Positions 18,439 through 28,301 of a stretch of DNA of 64,000 bases are shown in pieces (position 1 is the stretch's first letter; every line of letters begins with the position of its first letter). A program made the translations under genes and the position numbers. Source of the DNA: Prevotella sp. (GTDB taxonomy: Bacteria; Bacteroidota; Bacteroidia; Bacteroidales; Bacteroidaceae); contig JAFTGI010000102.1 of the NCBI GenBank assembly GCA_017458195.1, positions 13,556 to 77,555 of the forward strand. Direction: 5' to 3'. The notes under the pieces were generated by a model. The model saw nothing but the letters and a program-made list of their open reading frames with translations, ran no database searches and had not been told where the DNA came from.

Positions 18439-19806
18439 TTATTGAACTTCGGCCAGGAGGAATCGCTTCAGGTCGTCGAAGTTGCCGGTCATGGCGACGC
18501 TCTGCTTCTCGCCCTGCATGAAGGCCTGCAGGCGCTCGGGGATGGGCAGGTCGATGCCCAGAATCTCGTCCACCTTTTCCTTGAACTTCGCCGGATGGGC
18601 CGTCTCGCAGAAGATGCCCACCTCGCCGGGCTGCAGCTGCTCCTCGAGGGCGCGGTAGCCGCAGGCGCCGTGGGGGTCGAGGATGTAGCCCGTCTCGGCG
18701 TAGCACTGGCGCATGGTCTCGCGGATCTGGTCGTCGGTGTAGGTGGCTCCGCTGATGAGGCTCGTGATGCGCTCGTGGCTGCCACCGTAGAGGTCGAGTA
18801 TGCGTGCGAAGTTCGACGGGTCGCCCACGTCCATGGCGTTGGCCAGCGTCTGCTTCGAGGGCTTCGGCTCGTAGCGGCCCGTCTGCAGGTAGTTGTAGAA
18901 GACGTCGTTGGCGTTGTTGGCCGCGATGAACCGCTTCACGGGCAGGCCCATCTCATGTGCGAACAGGGCGGCGCAGAGATTGCCGAAGTTGCCGCTGGGC
19001 ACGCAGATGACAGGGGTGGGCTTTGTTCTTGCCACTGCATTAAAATAATAGAAGGCCTGAGGCAGGAAGCGGGCCACGTTGATCGAGTTGGCCGACGTCA
19101 GCTGCATGCGCTCGTTCAGTTCCTCGTCCATGAAGGCCTGCTTCACCAGCCGCTGACAGTCGTCGAACACGCCGTCGACCTCGATGGCCGTGATGTTCTG
19201 GCCCAGCGTCGTGAACTGACACTCCTGGATGGGGCTGACCTTCCCCTTCGGATAGAGCACATAGACGTGGATGCCCTCCACGCCGAGGAATCCGTTGGCC
19301 ACGGCCGAACCCGTGTCGCCCGACGTGGCCACGAGCACGTTGACCGTTGAGCATTGAGCATTGAACATTGAACATTGACCATTAGGCTGCACTTTGCTCT
19401 CATCCGCATGGGAATGGTCAATGTTCAATGTTGAATGGTCAATGAAGTGGCGAAGCAGACGAGCCATGAAGCGGGCGCCCACGTCCTTGAAGGCCAGCGT
19501 GGGTCCATGAAACAGCTCCAGGGTGTAGATATTTTCTTTCACGCGGACTACGGGGCAGTCGAACCGCAGGGTGTCGTAGACAAGGTCCTGCAGACCGTCG
19601 AGGTCGATGTCGTCGCCAAAGAAGGCGCTCGCCACGTTGAAGGCGATGTCCTGGAAGCGCATTGTGGGCATGTCGTCGAAGAAAGCCTTCGGCAGACGGT
19701 GAATTTCTTCGGGCATGTAGAGCCCGCGGTCCTCGGCCAGTCCCTTGATGACGGCCTTGCGCAGGTCGGCCATGGGAGCCTCATGGTTGGTGCTGTAGTA
19801 TTTCAT
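18439..19806 (-). CDS. thrC: Threonine synthase, with an in-frame repeat insertion
   Basis: MKYYSTN, GLAEDRGLYMP, ELFHGPTLAFKD, VATSGDTGSA, VPSGNFGN, ETAHPAKF. Confidence 0.96.
   Translation of the reverse strand: MKYYSTNHEAPMADLRKAVIKGLAEDRGLYMPEEIHRLPKAFFDDMPTMRFQDIAFNVASAFFGDDIDLDGLQDLVYDTLRFDCPVVRVKENIYTLELFHGPTLAFKDVGARFMARLLRHFIDHSTLNIDHSHADESKVQPNGQCSMFNAQCSTVNVLVATSGDTGSAVANGFLGVEGIHVYVLYPKGKVSPIQECQFTTLGQNITAIEVDGVFDDCQRLVKQAFMDEELNERMQLTSANSINVARFLPQAFYYFNAVARTKPTPVICVPSGNFGNLCAALFAHEMGLPVKRFIAANNANDVFYNYLQTGRYEPKPSKQTLANAMDVGDPSNFARILDLYGGSHERITSLISGATYTDDQIRETMRQCYAETGYILDPHGACGYRALEEQLQPGEVGIFCETAHPAKFKEKVDEILGIDLPIPERLQAFMQGEKQSVAMTGNFDDLKRFLLAEVQ
19340..19444. repeat. Heptamer-repeat hairpin in-frame in thrC
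   Basis: TTGAGCA/TTGAACA arm and AATGGTC/AATGTTC arm; encodes IDHSTLNIDHSH...NGQCSMFNAQCST. Confidence 0.9.
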
Positions 19807-20023
19807 TGTGGCAATGCTTTTGTTATCAACTGCTATGCAAAGGTACGAATTATTTGCTAAACAGATACGCGAAGGGCCCAATTTAATTTTTTTTAAGGCG
19901 AATGTGCACAATGTTGCACCAGAATGCCGCATTTTGTCAAGTCAATGCACGATTGTGCAAAGCCTCTTTCAGAACTTTTTCGTAATTTTGCAGCCGGAAA
20001 TAACTATAAAAAACGATTGCATT

Positions 20024-23000
20024 ATGAAAAAGAAAATCTTATTGGCTATCGCCATTACATTGTTTCCCCTGCTGAAGGCCGCAGCCTGGTGGGACTGGGA
20101 ATGGACCGAGACCTGGGGCGAAGCCCACGCCTGGTGCGAAGAGTGCGGCGGCGACTACATCATCTATGCCGAAAGCTCCAGCGAGGCAGAGGCTGCAGCC
20201 GAAGACCTCTTCTGCCCGGATTGCGGCAGCTGCTCGGAAGACGTCAATGCCGACTGCTACCGCGCGCACCACTGCCAGTACTGCGGCGGATGCATTGAGA
20301 ACGGTGAGTATCACGACGGCATCTACAACCTCGTCGACGAGTACGTCTGCTACGACTGCGCCGACGAGCTCGCCGATGCCGGTCAGATTCCCGCCTGCGC
20401 CTATTGCCACGAGCTGTTCGGCGAGGGCGCCGTAGCGTGCGACTGCGAATACTCGATGGCGGAGCAGCACTGCACGGACTGCAGCGAACTGCAGTGCGAC
20501 GTGTGCGGCATCTGCATGGTCATCGGCGGTGAAGAGTCGGATGCCGCTGGCGGCGATGCCTGCGTGGAACACGCCATCTGCGCGGCCTGCATGGAGAATG
20601 CGGCAGCCGAAGACCAAGTCCACTGCCGCGAGTGCTTCAAGTGCGACGAGGACATCTGCTCGGAGTGCGGCCTCTGCGAGAGCTGTGCTTCCTACGAGGA
20701 GCACTGCCCCGAATGCGGCTACTGCTTTGGCGACGAGGTGCAGTGGTGTGCTGACGGCGGCGAGCACTGCATCCACTGCTGCGACGAAAACGACTGGAAG
20801 TGCTCGGAGTGCGGCCGGTGCACCGAGGGCGTAGGCGTCGAAATCTGCTCCGACTGCGAGCTCTGCGAGGAATGTTGCCGCAGCCACAGCGAGTCGGAAG
20901 GCTGCGAGCATGGCTACTGCATCGCCTCGGCCGAGTATGAAGACCACCTCTGCCCCGAATGCGGCACGTGTCCGCAGGACGATGAGTGCGAATACTGCGG
21001 CCTCTGCGCCGACTGTCAGGCCGACTATCACTGCGAGCACGAACTCTGCCCCGACGGGTCCGACTGGGACGACCACGTCTGTCCCGACTGCGGCGAATGC
21101 TTCGACGAGAGCGAGCTCTGCGAATACTGCGGCCTCTGCGAGGACTGCCGCGAGCACTGCGAGCACGATGTCTGCCCCGCGAACGACGATGCCGACGGCC
21201 ACTTCATCTGCGACCAGTGCGGCGACTGCTACGAGGCCGTGGACCGCTGTGACATCTGCGAGCTCTGCCTCGACTGCTGCGCCGACAACACCTCCTCGAT
21301 GGGCTGCGACCACGACCTCTGCATCGAGAGCGACGACTTTGCCGAGCACTGGTGCTACGAGGACGACCAGTGCCTCGAGCTCTGCCAGCACGATGCCGAC
21401 TGCGCCCACACGAACGTCGGCACGACGTGGCGCATCGACGCCAACGCTCACTGGCACGTCTGCGAGGACTGCGGCATCGCCCTGGACAAGGCCATCCACT
21501 CGGAAGGCGAGCCCACCACACTCACCGCGCCCAACGCCGCCACCCACACCAACGGCACGGCCCAGGTGAACTGCGCCGTCTGCAACTACAAGATGGGCAT
21601 CGTCGCCATCTCCTACGTCGAAGCTCCCGCCGACGGCAGCCCCTACATCATCACGCAGCCCACCGACTACACGGGCAAGACCAACACCAGCCGATACATC
21701 GAAGGCGGTGAGCGCTATGCCACATTCAAGGTGAAGGCCGGCGGCGAAGGCCTGACATACCAATGGTACGAGCAGTATGGCTCAAATGCGCCCAATGAGC
21801 TTTTCGACTTCCAGACAACCGAGGGGGCAGAGACACCTACTCTGAAAGTGTATGTCTATCACGACGACTGCGAGAAGCTGAACTATCACAAATATTATTG
21901 TGTCGTGAGCAACGCTAAGGGCAGTGTCACCACCAATACCGTCTATGCCAATGCACAGCACGTATTCGGCCACTATGTGGAAAAGGACAGCCTGACGCAC
22001 GAGAACCGTTGCTACGGCTGTGGCACTGCCGTGAAGAGCACGTCCAAGCACCGCTTCGCGGAGTGGACGCTTGTACGTCCGGCCACGTCCGAAGAGACCG
22101 GCCTGAGCGAGCAGCAGTGCATGGACTGCTCGTACAAGAACACCAAGATCATCCCGAAGGTGGAGCCCAATCACGTCCACTCGTTCGACATCGCGAAGTA
22201 CAGCGTCACGCAGCACTGGTTCGTCTGCAAGTGCGGCATCGCCGGCCCCGACGAGCGTGCCGACCACGTCTTCGACCAGACCGAGGTCGTCACCCCGGCC
22301 ACCGAGACGAAGGTGGGTGAGAACAAGCTCATCTGCTCCGCCTGCGGCTACTACAAGACCGTGAAGTCCGACAAACTGCCACACGTGCACGACTGGTACG
22401 CATGGGACGAAATAAAGGAATTGGGAGCCAATGGCTGGTATATAAAAGACGCGAAGAAGGGCGGATGGGGTCCTGCGTCGCACACAGTCAGTTGTAAGGT
22501 CTGCGGCGAGAAGAAGACCGAGGACCATGTATGGCCGATGTGGGAATGCACGAGGGCTGCCAAGATTGAGGGCACCGATACCATCGCCGGAAAGATTGTG
22601 CGCTATTGCGGTGAGTGCGGCTACAAGCAAACCAAGCTCTTCCCCTACGGCACCTGGCCTATCATGATAGAAGGCGGCACAGCCAGCAAGGACTACGCTG
22701 CAGCAGGCACACAAATCATCATCAAGTTCGACCCGAAAGCAGCCAGGGCGATGGACACGTATCACAACGGCAAGCCTGTCAAGTTCAAACAATGGTATGA
22801 CTGTACAGGTTGGTGGGGCGATACAAACGTACCCTGGGGCAATGACGACATCGATTTGCCTCGCATAGCATTCCAGCGCGCAACAAGTAGCACAACGCAA
22901 TTCAGAATGCCCGACGGCCCTGCCATCATCTTTGCCGACACAGAAGAGTGCACGCACACTGGCAACACGAAGCAGACCGATCGCGTGGAGCCCACCTGCG

Positions 23001-24415
23001 CCAGCAGCGGCCACGAGCCTCACACGCTCTGCGCTGATTGCGAAACCGTACTGGTGGAAGGCGCTCGCATCCCCGCCCTGGGCCACGACCTGCCTGACAC
23101 GCCCATCGCAGGCACCGAAGTCGTGGAGTACTGCACGATATATTATGGAAGTGGATTCTATAATTATCCCAACGAAGCAAAACATGGTTACACGGGAGAA
23201 TTCATTTGTAATCGCTGCGGCGAGACCGTCAAGAGTGAGAAGACGCCCCTCCGCCATGGCTTGCACGACAAGAACAAGATATATACGCCTAATCCTGGAA
23301 AAGTATGGCCTTATTACCAGAAATGGGTAGATGCTACGAATCCCCCCACCTGTACCCGAGCCGGCTACGACGACGACCTCTATTGCAAGTATTGCAACAA
23401 GCTTGTCCAGAAGGGCGAGCGCGAAGAAGCTTATGGGCACGACTGGGAAGAATGGCACGTCGTCCGCGAGGCCACGACAACGGTGAAGGGCATGGAGCGG
23501 CGCGTCTGCGCCTACGACGAGACGCACGTCGAGACGCGCATCATCGACTACACCGGCCCCGACTACAGGCTCCGGCCCGACAAGACCCGACTCCGCTTCG
23601 AGTGGACCTACGGCGACCCCGTCCCGTCGCAGACCATCACCTTCAGGTCTACCGGCCGCGACAGCATCGTTGCCATCACCGATGTCGTGGATGAGAACGA
23701 CTGGGACGAGCTGAGCCTTGATGGCATGACGCTCACCGTCACGCCCATCCTGGATAACGAGCTTTACAACCGCTCCGGAGAAAACACCATGTGTCTCTGG
23801 TTCAAGACTCTCAACAAGGAGGGAGAGACCATCGACATCACCTTCCCTGACCCAGAGATTGTCACCGTCTGCAACATCAAGAAGACCCCCGAGAAGTACA
23901 CGCTGACCGTCGATGACGGCGTAGCCACCACGTTCACCTACAACAGCAGCGGCCAGCGAGTGCTCGACACGAAAACGAGCAGCAAACTCGAGATTCGCGG
24001 CGGCGAGAACGTATTGCTGGAGCCCGATGAAACCAGGAGGGGTGATTTCCGCCGGTGGGTGATCGTGGAGGATGCCAGCGGCATGATTAGCGATAATACA
24101 TCTACTTGGGCAAATTGTCCAATACACATGTCACCCAACAACGTCACCGTGCGCGCTATCTACAAGACAATGGGCGACGTGAACAGCGACGGCGAAATCT
24201 CCATCACTGACGTCTGTATGGTTATCGAACGCATTAAGGGCATTATCCCCACAGGATTCAAAAGAGCGGATGCCGACATGGACGGCGACGGCGAAATCAC
24301 CGTCAAAGACCTGAACAAGATCGTCGAAATCGTCCTCAGCAACAAGGCAACTGGAGCAAAGGCGCGTCGCAACGTGCGCACCATGATGCGCAGGCTGAAG
24401 CACCAGTCGAAGTAA
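20024..24415 (+). CDS. Secreted, extremely Cys-rich multidomain protein with an Ig-like segment and C-terminal dockerin-like domain
   Basis: Signal peptide MKKKILLAIAITLFPLLKAAA; about 80 Cys (manual count) in CxxC-rich acidic repeats; IITQPTD...LTYQWY...YYCVVSN Ig-like segment; GDVNSDGEISITD...ADADMDGDGEITVKD dockerin repeats. Confidence 0.8.
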   Translation: MKKKILLAIAITLFPLLKAAAWWDWEWTETWGEAHAWCEECGGDYIIYAESSSEAEAAAEDLFCPDCGSCSEDVNADCYRAHHCQYCGGCIENGEYHDGIYNLVDEYVCYDCADELADAGQIPACAYCHELFGEGAVACDCEYSMAEQHCTDCSELQCDVCGICMVIGGEESDAAGGDACVEHAICAACMENAAAEDQVHCRECFKCDEDICSECGLCESCASYEEHCPECGYCFGDEVQWCADGGEHCIHCCDENDWKCSECGRCTEGVGVEICSDCELCEECCRSHSESEGCEHGYCIASAEYEDHLCPECGTCPQDDECEYCGLCADCQADYHCEHELCPDGSDWDDHVCPDCGECFDESELCEYCGLCEDCREHCEHDVCPANDDADGHFICDQCGDCYEAVDRCDICELCLDCCADNTSSMGCDHDLCIESDDFAEHWCYEDDQCLELCQHDADCAHTNVGTTWRIDANAHWHVCEDCGIALDKAIHSEGEPTTLTAPNAATHTNGTAQVNCAVCNYKMGIVAISYVEAPADGSPYIITQPTDYTGKTNTSRYIEGGERYATFKVKAGGEGLTYQWYEQYGSNAPNELFDFQTTEGAETPTLKVYVYHDDCEKLNYHKYYCVVSNAKGSVTTNTVYANAQHVFGHYVEKDSLTHENRCYGCGTAVKSTSKHRFAEWTLVRPATSEETGLSEQQCMDCSYKNTKIIPKVEPNHVHSFDIAKYSVTQHWFVCKCGIAGPDERADHVFDQTEVVTPATETKVGENKLICSACGYYKTVKSDKLPHVHDWYAWDEIKELGANGWYIKDAKKGGWGPASHTVSCKVCGEKKTEDHVWPMWECTRAAKIEGTDTIAGKIVRYCGECGYKQTKLFPYGTWPIMIEGGTASKDYAAAGTQIIIKFDPKAARAMDTYHNGKPVKFKQWYDCTGWWGDTNVPWGNDDIDLPRIAFQRATSSTTQFRMPDGPAIIFADTEECTHTGNTKQTDRVEPTCASSGHEPHTLCADCETVLVEGARIPALGHDLPDTPIAGTEVVEYCTIYYGSGFYNYPNEAKHGYTGEFICNRCGETVKSEKTPLRHGLHDKNKIYTPNPGKVWPYYQKWVDATNPPTCTRAGYDDDLYCKYCNKLVQKGEREEAYGHDWEEWHVVREATTTVKGMERRVCAYDETHVETRIIDYTGPDYRLRPDKTRLRFEWTYGDPVPSQTITFRSTGRDSIVAITDVVDENDWDELSLDGMTLTVTPILDNELYNRSGENTMCLWFKTLNKEGETIDITFPDPEIVTVCNIKKTPEKYTLTVDDGVATTFTYNSSGQRVLDTKTSSKLEIRGGENVLLEPDETRRGDFRRWVIVEDASGMISDNTSTWANCPIHMSPNNVTVRAIYKTMGDVNSDGEISITDVCMVIERIKGIIPTGFKRADADMDGDGEITVKDLNKIVEIVLSNKATGAKARRNVRTMMRRLKHQSK

Positions 24416-24464
24416 AGAAGTGCATTTCCCCGACGGGCGAAACCGTCCTCGCCCTCGGGGCACT

Positions 24465-24530
24465 ACCACGGATTACGCGGATTAAACGGATTCAAAATAA
24501 AAAATCCGTTTAATCCGCGTAATCCGTGGT
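24465..24530. repeat. Perfect 28-bp-stem hairpin made of 9-nt repeats, between convergent genes
   Basis: ACCACGGATTACGCGGATTAAACGGATT-loop-AATCCGTTTAATCCGCGTAATCCGTGGT. Confidence 0.92.
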
Positions 24531-25771
24531 TATATTGTCATCAGCGTCTGCATGAATTCCTGCAGGCGCAGCAGACCATAGCCGCCCGCGACGCACGACA
24601 CCTCGTCGTAGCGCTCGACGGCGTCGGGCTCAATGCCTTTATAATAAATAATGAACGGGACGGGCTCGCTGACGTGCGTGCGCACCTCGACGGGCGTCGG
24701 ATGGTCGGGCAGGACGGCGATGCAGACGGGTTCCTCCCAGCGGCTCGTGGCCTCGCAGATGGGGCCTACGATGCGGCTGTCGAGGTTTTCGATGGTCTTG
24801 AGCTTCAGGTCGAGGTCGCCGTCGTGGCCGGCCTCGTCGCTGGCCTCGATGTGCAGGAACACGAAGTCTTGCTCACTGAGGGCGCGTAGGGCGGCCTCGG
24901 CCTTGCCCTCGTAGTTGGTGTCGCTGAGGCCCGTGGCGCCCGCCACCTTGATGATGTCGAGGCCGGCATAGTGGCCGATGCCGCGGATGAGGTCGACGGC
25001 CGAGATGACGCTGCCCGTCTTCATCTGTGGAAAGAGCTGCTGTAGGGTCTGCATCTGGGGCCGATAGCCGCCGCCCCAGGGCCAGATGCTGTTGGCCTTC
25101 ACCGCGCGTCCGGCGTTGAAGGGATGCTGCGCCAGGAGCTGCTGCGAGCGGATGATGAGGTCGTTGAGCAGGTCGGCGGTCTGCTGGGGTGTCATGCGTG
25201 AGGTATTGGCAGCGGCAGAACCGCTGCCCACAGTGGCTGCGGGATGGACGAGCAGCTGTCGCCAGGGCTCGCCAGGGTGGTCGTGGGGTGGGGCACAGTC
25301 GATGTGCTTGTTGCCGCCGCGGACGATGAGCAGGTGGCGATACTGGATGCCGGTGATGAAGCGCACGCGGTCGCTGCCCAGATGCTCGTCGAGGTAGCGG
25401 ATGAGCAGGTCGCCCTCCTCGGTCTTCAGGTGGCCGCCGTGGTGGTTCTTGATGGTGCCGTCGTCGCCGAGGGTGATGATGTTGCAGCGCAGGGCCAGGT
25501 CGTCGGGGGCCATCTCGTAGCCGATGGAGGCGGCCTCGAGCGGCCCGCGTCCCTCGTAGACCTTGTTGAGGTCATAGCCGAGGATGGCCGTGTTGGCTAC
25601 CTCGCTGCCCGGCTGGAAGCCTTCAGGCACGGTGACGAGTCGCCCCGTGCGCCCCATCCTGGCCAGCCGGTCCATGTTCGGCGTGTGTGCATATTGCAGC
25701 AGCGTCTTGCCGCCGAGGCGAGCCACGGGATGGTCAGCCATGCCGTCGCCCAAAATAATGATGTGCTTCAT
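24530..25771 (-). CDS. apgM: Cofactor-independent phosphoglycerate mutase family protein (ApgM-like; proposed homoserine kinase in thr operons)
   Basis: ILGDGMAD, PGSEVAN..ILGY, YEGRGPLEAA, HIEASDEAGH, LPDHPTP; lies directly downstream of thrA. Confidence 0.88.
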   Translation of the reverse strand: MKHIIILGDGMADHPVARLGGKTLLQYAHTPNMDRLARMGRTGRLVTVPEGFQPGSEVANTAILGYDLNKVYEGRGPLEAASIGYEMAPDDLALRCNIITLGDDGTIKNHHGGHLKTEEGDLLIRYLDEHLGSDRVRFITGIQYRHLLIVRGGNKHIDCAPPHDHPGEPWRQLLVHPAATVGSGSAAANTSRMTPQQTADLLNDLIIRSQQLLAQHPFNAGRAVKANSIWPWGGGYRPQMQTLQQLFPQMKTGSVISAVDLIRGIGHYAGLDIIKVAGATGLSDTNYEGKAEAALRALSEQDFVFLHIEASDEAGHDGDLDLKLKTIENLDSRIVGPICEATSRWEEPVCIAVLPDHPTPVEVRTHVSEPVPFIIYYKGIEPDAVERYDEVSCVAGGYGLLRLQEFMQTLMTI

Positions 25772-28203
25772 ATATTAGCGATTGACATGATGTTAGCGAA
25801 GACGCCGGCAGCGGTGACCGAGGCACCGGCTCCGTAGCCTTGGATGAGCATCGGATATTCGCGGTAGCGCTCGGTAGTCAGCATGACGATGTTGTTGGAA
25901 CCCTCCAGATTGTAGAAGGGATGGCCGGGACTGACGGCCTCGAGCGAGACGCTCGTCTTGCCGCCCTCCATCTTGGCCACGAAGCGCCAGCGCTTCTGCT
26001 CCTTGTCGAGCTCCCGGCGACCGGCCTCGAAGTCAGCGTCCAGCTTGGGCAGGTCCTTCCAGAAATCGTCGAGCGAACCCTCGAAGAAGCTGTCGGGCAT
26101 GAACAGGTGCTTCTCCACGTCGTCCTGCTCCACGCGGTAGCCGGCCTCGCGCGTCAGGATGACCAGCTTGCGGATGACGTCCTTGCCGCAGAGGTCGATG
26201 CGCGGGTCGGGCTCGGCGTAGCCCTTTTCCTTGGCCAGGCGTACCGTCTCGGAGAAAGGCACGTCGGCCGAGATCGTGTTGAAGATATAGTTGAGCGTGC
26301 CCGAGAGCACAGCCTCGATGCGCAGGATGCGGTCGCCCGAGTTGAGCAGGTCGTTAATGGTGCCGATGATGGGCAGTCCGGCGCCGACGTTGGTCTCAAA
26401 GAGGAACTTGATGCCCTTCTTGAGGGCCGTCTGCTTCAGCTGGGCATAGCCCTCATAGGGCCCCGAGGCGGCAATCTTGTTGGCCGTGACGACCGAGATG
26501 TTGTGGTCGAGGAAGTCTTGATAGAGCGCGGCCACATCGGGCGAAGCCGTGCAGTCGACGAAGACGGAGTTGAAGATGTTCATGCCGATGACCTCGTCCC
26601 TGAGCCTTGCGATGTTGGTGGGCTCGGCCTTGTCGAGTGCCTCCTTGTAGCAGCGCAGGTCGATGCCGTCGCGGTTGAAGACGGCGCGTCGCGAGTTGGA
26701 GATGCCCACCACCTTGAGTTTCAGCTGGCGCGTGTCCTTGAGTTTCTTGTATTGTGAGTTGATCTGCTCGATGAGGTTGCCGCCGACGGTGCCGATGCCG
26801 CAGATGAACAGGTTGAGCACGTTGTACTCCGAGAGGAAGAACGAGTCGTGGATGACGTTGAGCGACTTGCGCAGGAAGCGGGCGTCGACGACGAAGGAGA
26901 TGTTCGTCTCAGAGGCACCCTGGGCACAGGCGATGACCGAGATGCCCGAGCGTCCGAGCGTGCCGAACAGCTTGCCGGCGATGCCGGGCGTGTGCTTCAT
27001 GTTCTCGCCCACGACGGCGATGGTGGCCAGTCCCTTCTCGGCCTGCATGGGGAACATGGCGCCCGTGACGATTTCCTTGGCAAACTCGATGTTGAGCACC
27101 TCGACGGCGGCTTCGGCGTCCTCGTCGCGCACGCCGATGGAGGTGGAGTTCTCAGATGAAGCCTGCGAGACCATGAACACCGAGATGCCGTGCTCGGCCA
27201 GGACGGAGAAGATGCGGCGGTTGACGCCGATGACGCCGACCATCGAGAGACCGGTCACGGTGATGAGCGTCGTGCCCTTGATGCTCGAGATGCCCTTGAT
27301 AGGCTTCTGGTCGTTCTCTATCTTCTGCTTGATGAGGGTTCCCGGGTGAGCAGGGTTGAAGGTGTTCTTGATGCGGATGGGGATGTTCTTCACGCAGACG
27401 GGATAGATGGTCGGCGGATAGACCACCTTGGCACCGAAGTTGCAGAGCTCCATGGCCTCGAGATAGCTGAGCTCGTTGATGGTGTAGGCCGTCTTGATGA
27501 CGCGCGGGTCAGCCGTCATGAAGCCGTCGACGTCGGTCCAGATCTGCAGCTCCTCAGCGTCTAATGCCGCGGCGATGATGGCAGCCGTGTAGTCGGAGCC
27601 GCCGCGGCCCAGGTTGGTCGTCTCGCCGGTGTCGCGGTCGCGGGCAATGAAGCCGGGGACGACCAGAACCTTGTTGGTCGCGATCATATCGCGACATACG
27701 GAACAGACGAGGCTGTAGGTCAGTTCAGCGTCGAGCGTGTCCTTGCCTTGCTTCTTGGTGGTCTTGATGAAGTCGCGGGCGTTCATGCGCACGCCGCCTA
27801 CGAGCTGTGCCACGATGTGCGAGCTGAGCCGCTCGCCGTAGCTGACGATGGCGGCCTGCGACTTCGGGCTCAGGTCGTGGATCAGATAGACACCATAATA
27901 AATGGAGTGGAGCTGCTCGAACATCGTGCCGATGGTCTGCTCCAGCTGGCGGCGCTGCTCGCTGTCGGTGAACAGGCTGCCGACCATGTCCATGTGGCGC
28001 TGCCGCATGGCGTCGAACTCCAGGCGCCACCCGTCGTCGCCCGCCAGCGCCATCTTTGCCGTGGCTATCAGACGGTCGGTGATGCCGCCCAGGGCGCTGA
28101 CGACGACCACTACGGGCTTCTGCTCCTGACTGACGATATTCTTAAGACTGAGAATGCTTTCTACGCTTCCAACCGACGTTCCGCCGAATTTCAATACCTT
28201 CAT
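25768..28203 (-). CDS. thrA: Bifunctional aspartokinase/homoserine dehydrogenase I
   Basis: MKVLKFGGTSVG, LGRGGSDYTA, two ACT domains, ETNVGAGLP, GYGAGASVTAAGV. Confidence 0.97.
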   Translation of the reverse strand: MKVLKFGGTSVGSVESILSLKNIVSQEQKPVVVVVSALGGITDRLIATAKMALAGDDGWRLEFDAMRQRHMDMVGSLFTDSEQRRQLEQTIGTMFEQLHSIYYGVYLIHDLSPKSQAAIVSYGERLSSHIVAQLVGGVRMNARDFIKTTKKQGKDTLDAELTYSLVCSVCRDMIATNKVLVVPGFIARDRDTGETTNLGRGGSDYTAAIIAAALDAEELQIWTDVDGFMTADPRVIKTAYTINELSYLEAMELCNFGAKVVYPPTIYPVCVKNIPIRIKNTFNPAHPGTLIKQKIENDQKPIKGISSIKGTTLITVTGLSMVGVIGVNRRIFSVLAEHGISVFMVSQASSENSTSIGVRDEDAEAAVEVLNIEFAKEIVTGAMFPMQAEKGLATIAVVGENMKHTPGIAGKLFGTLGRSGISVIACAQGASETNISFVVDARFLRKSLNVIHDSFFLSEYNVLNLFICGIGTVGGNLIEQINSQYKKLKDTRQLKLKVVGISNSRRAVFNRDGIDLRCYKEALDKAEPTNIARLRDEVIGMNIFNSVFVDCTASPDVAALYQDFLDHNISVVTANKIAASGPYEGYAQLKQTALKKGIKFLFETNVGAGLPIIGTINDLLNSGDRILRIEAVLSGTLNYIFNTISADVPFSETVRLAKEKGYAEPDPRIDLCGKDVIRKLVILTREAGYRVEQDDVEKHLFMPDSFFEGSLDDFWKDLPKLDADFEAGRRELDKEQKRWRFVAKMEGGKTSVSLEAVSPGHPFYNLEGSNNIVMLTTERYREYPMLIQGYGAGASVTAAGVFANIMSIANI

Positions 28204-28231
28204 GCTTGCGTTTCGTTTTTGTTTCGCGCTG

Positions 28232-28293
28232 CAAAGGTACAAATAAATTATGAATTATGAGTGTTGAGTTATGAATTATTTTTCGTACCTTTG
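28232..28293. promoter_or_regulatory. Back-to-back -7 promoter boxes separated by heptamer repeats
   Basis: CAAAGGTA...TACCTTTG with TGAATTA TGAGTGT TGAGTTA TGAATTA between them. Confidence 0.7.
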
Positions 28294-28301
28294 CCGACGA
28301 T

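Noticed and set aside
19808-20023. Upstream extensions given by the ORF track (also thrC, thrA, ffh, AbiEi and the acetyltransferase)
   Set aside because: They cross promoter boxes or neighbouring genes; downstream ATGs match the expected family N-termini
20024-21600. Multiheme cytochrome c or polyferredoxin
   Set aside because: Only one CxxCH (CAYCH) was seen, and the CxxCxxCxxxCP ferredoxin spacing is not the repeating pattern
28204-28300. Thr leader-peptide attenuator upstream of thrA
   Set aside because: The promoter box is only about 30 bp from the ATG and there is no Thr/Ile-rich mini-ORF
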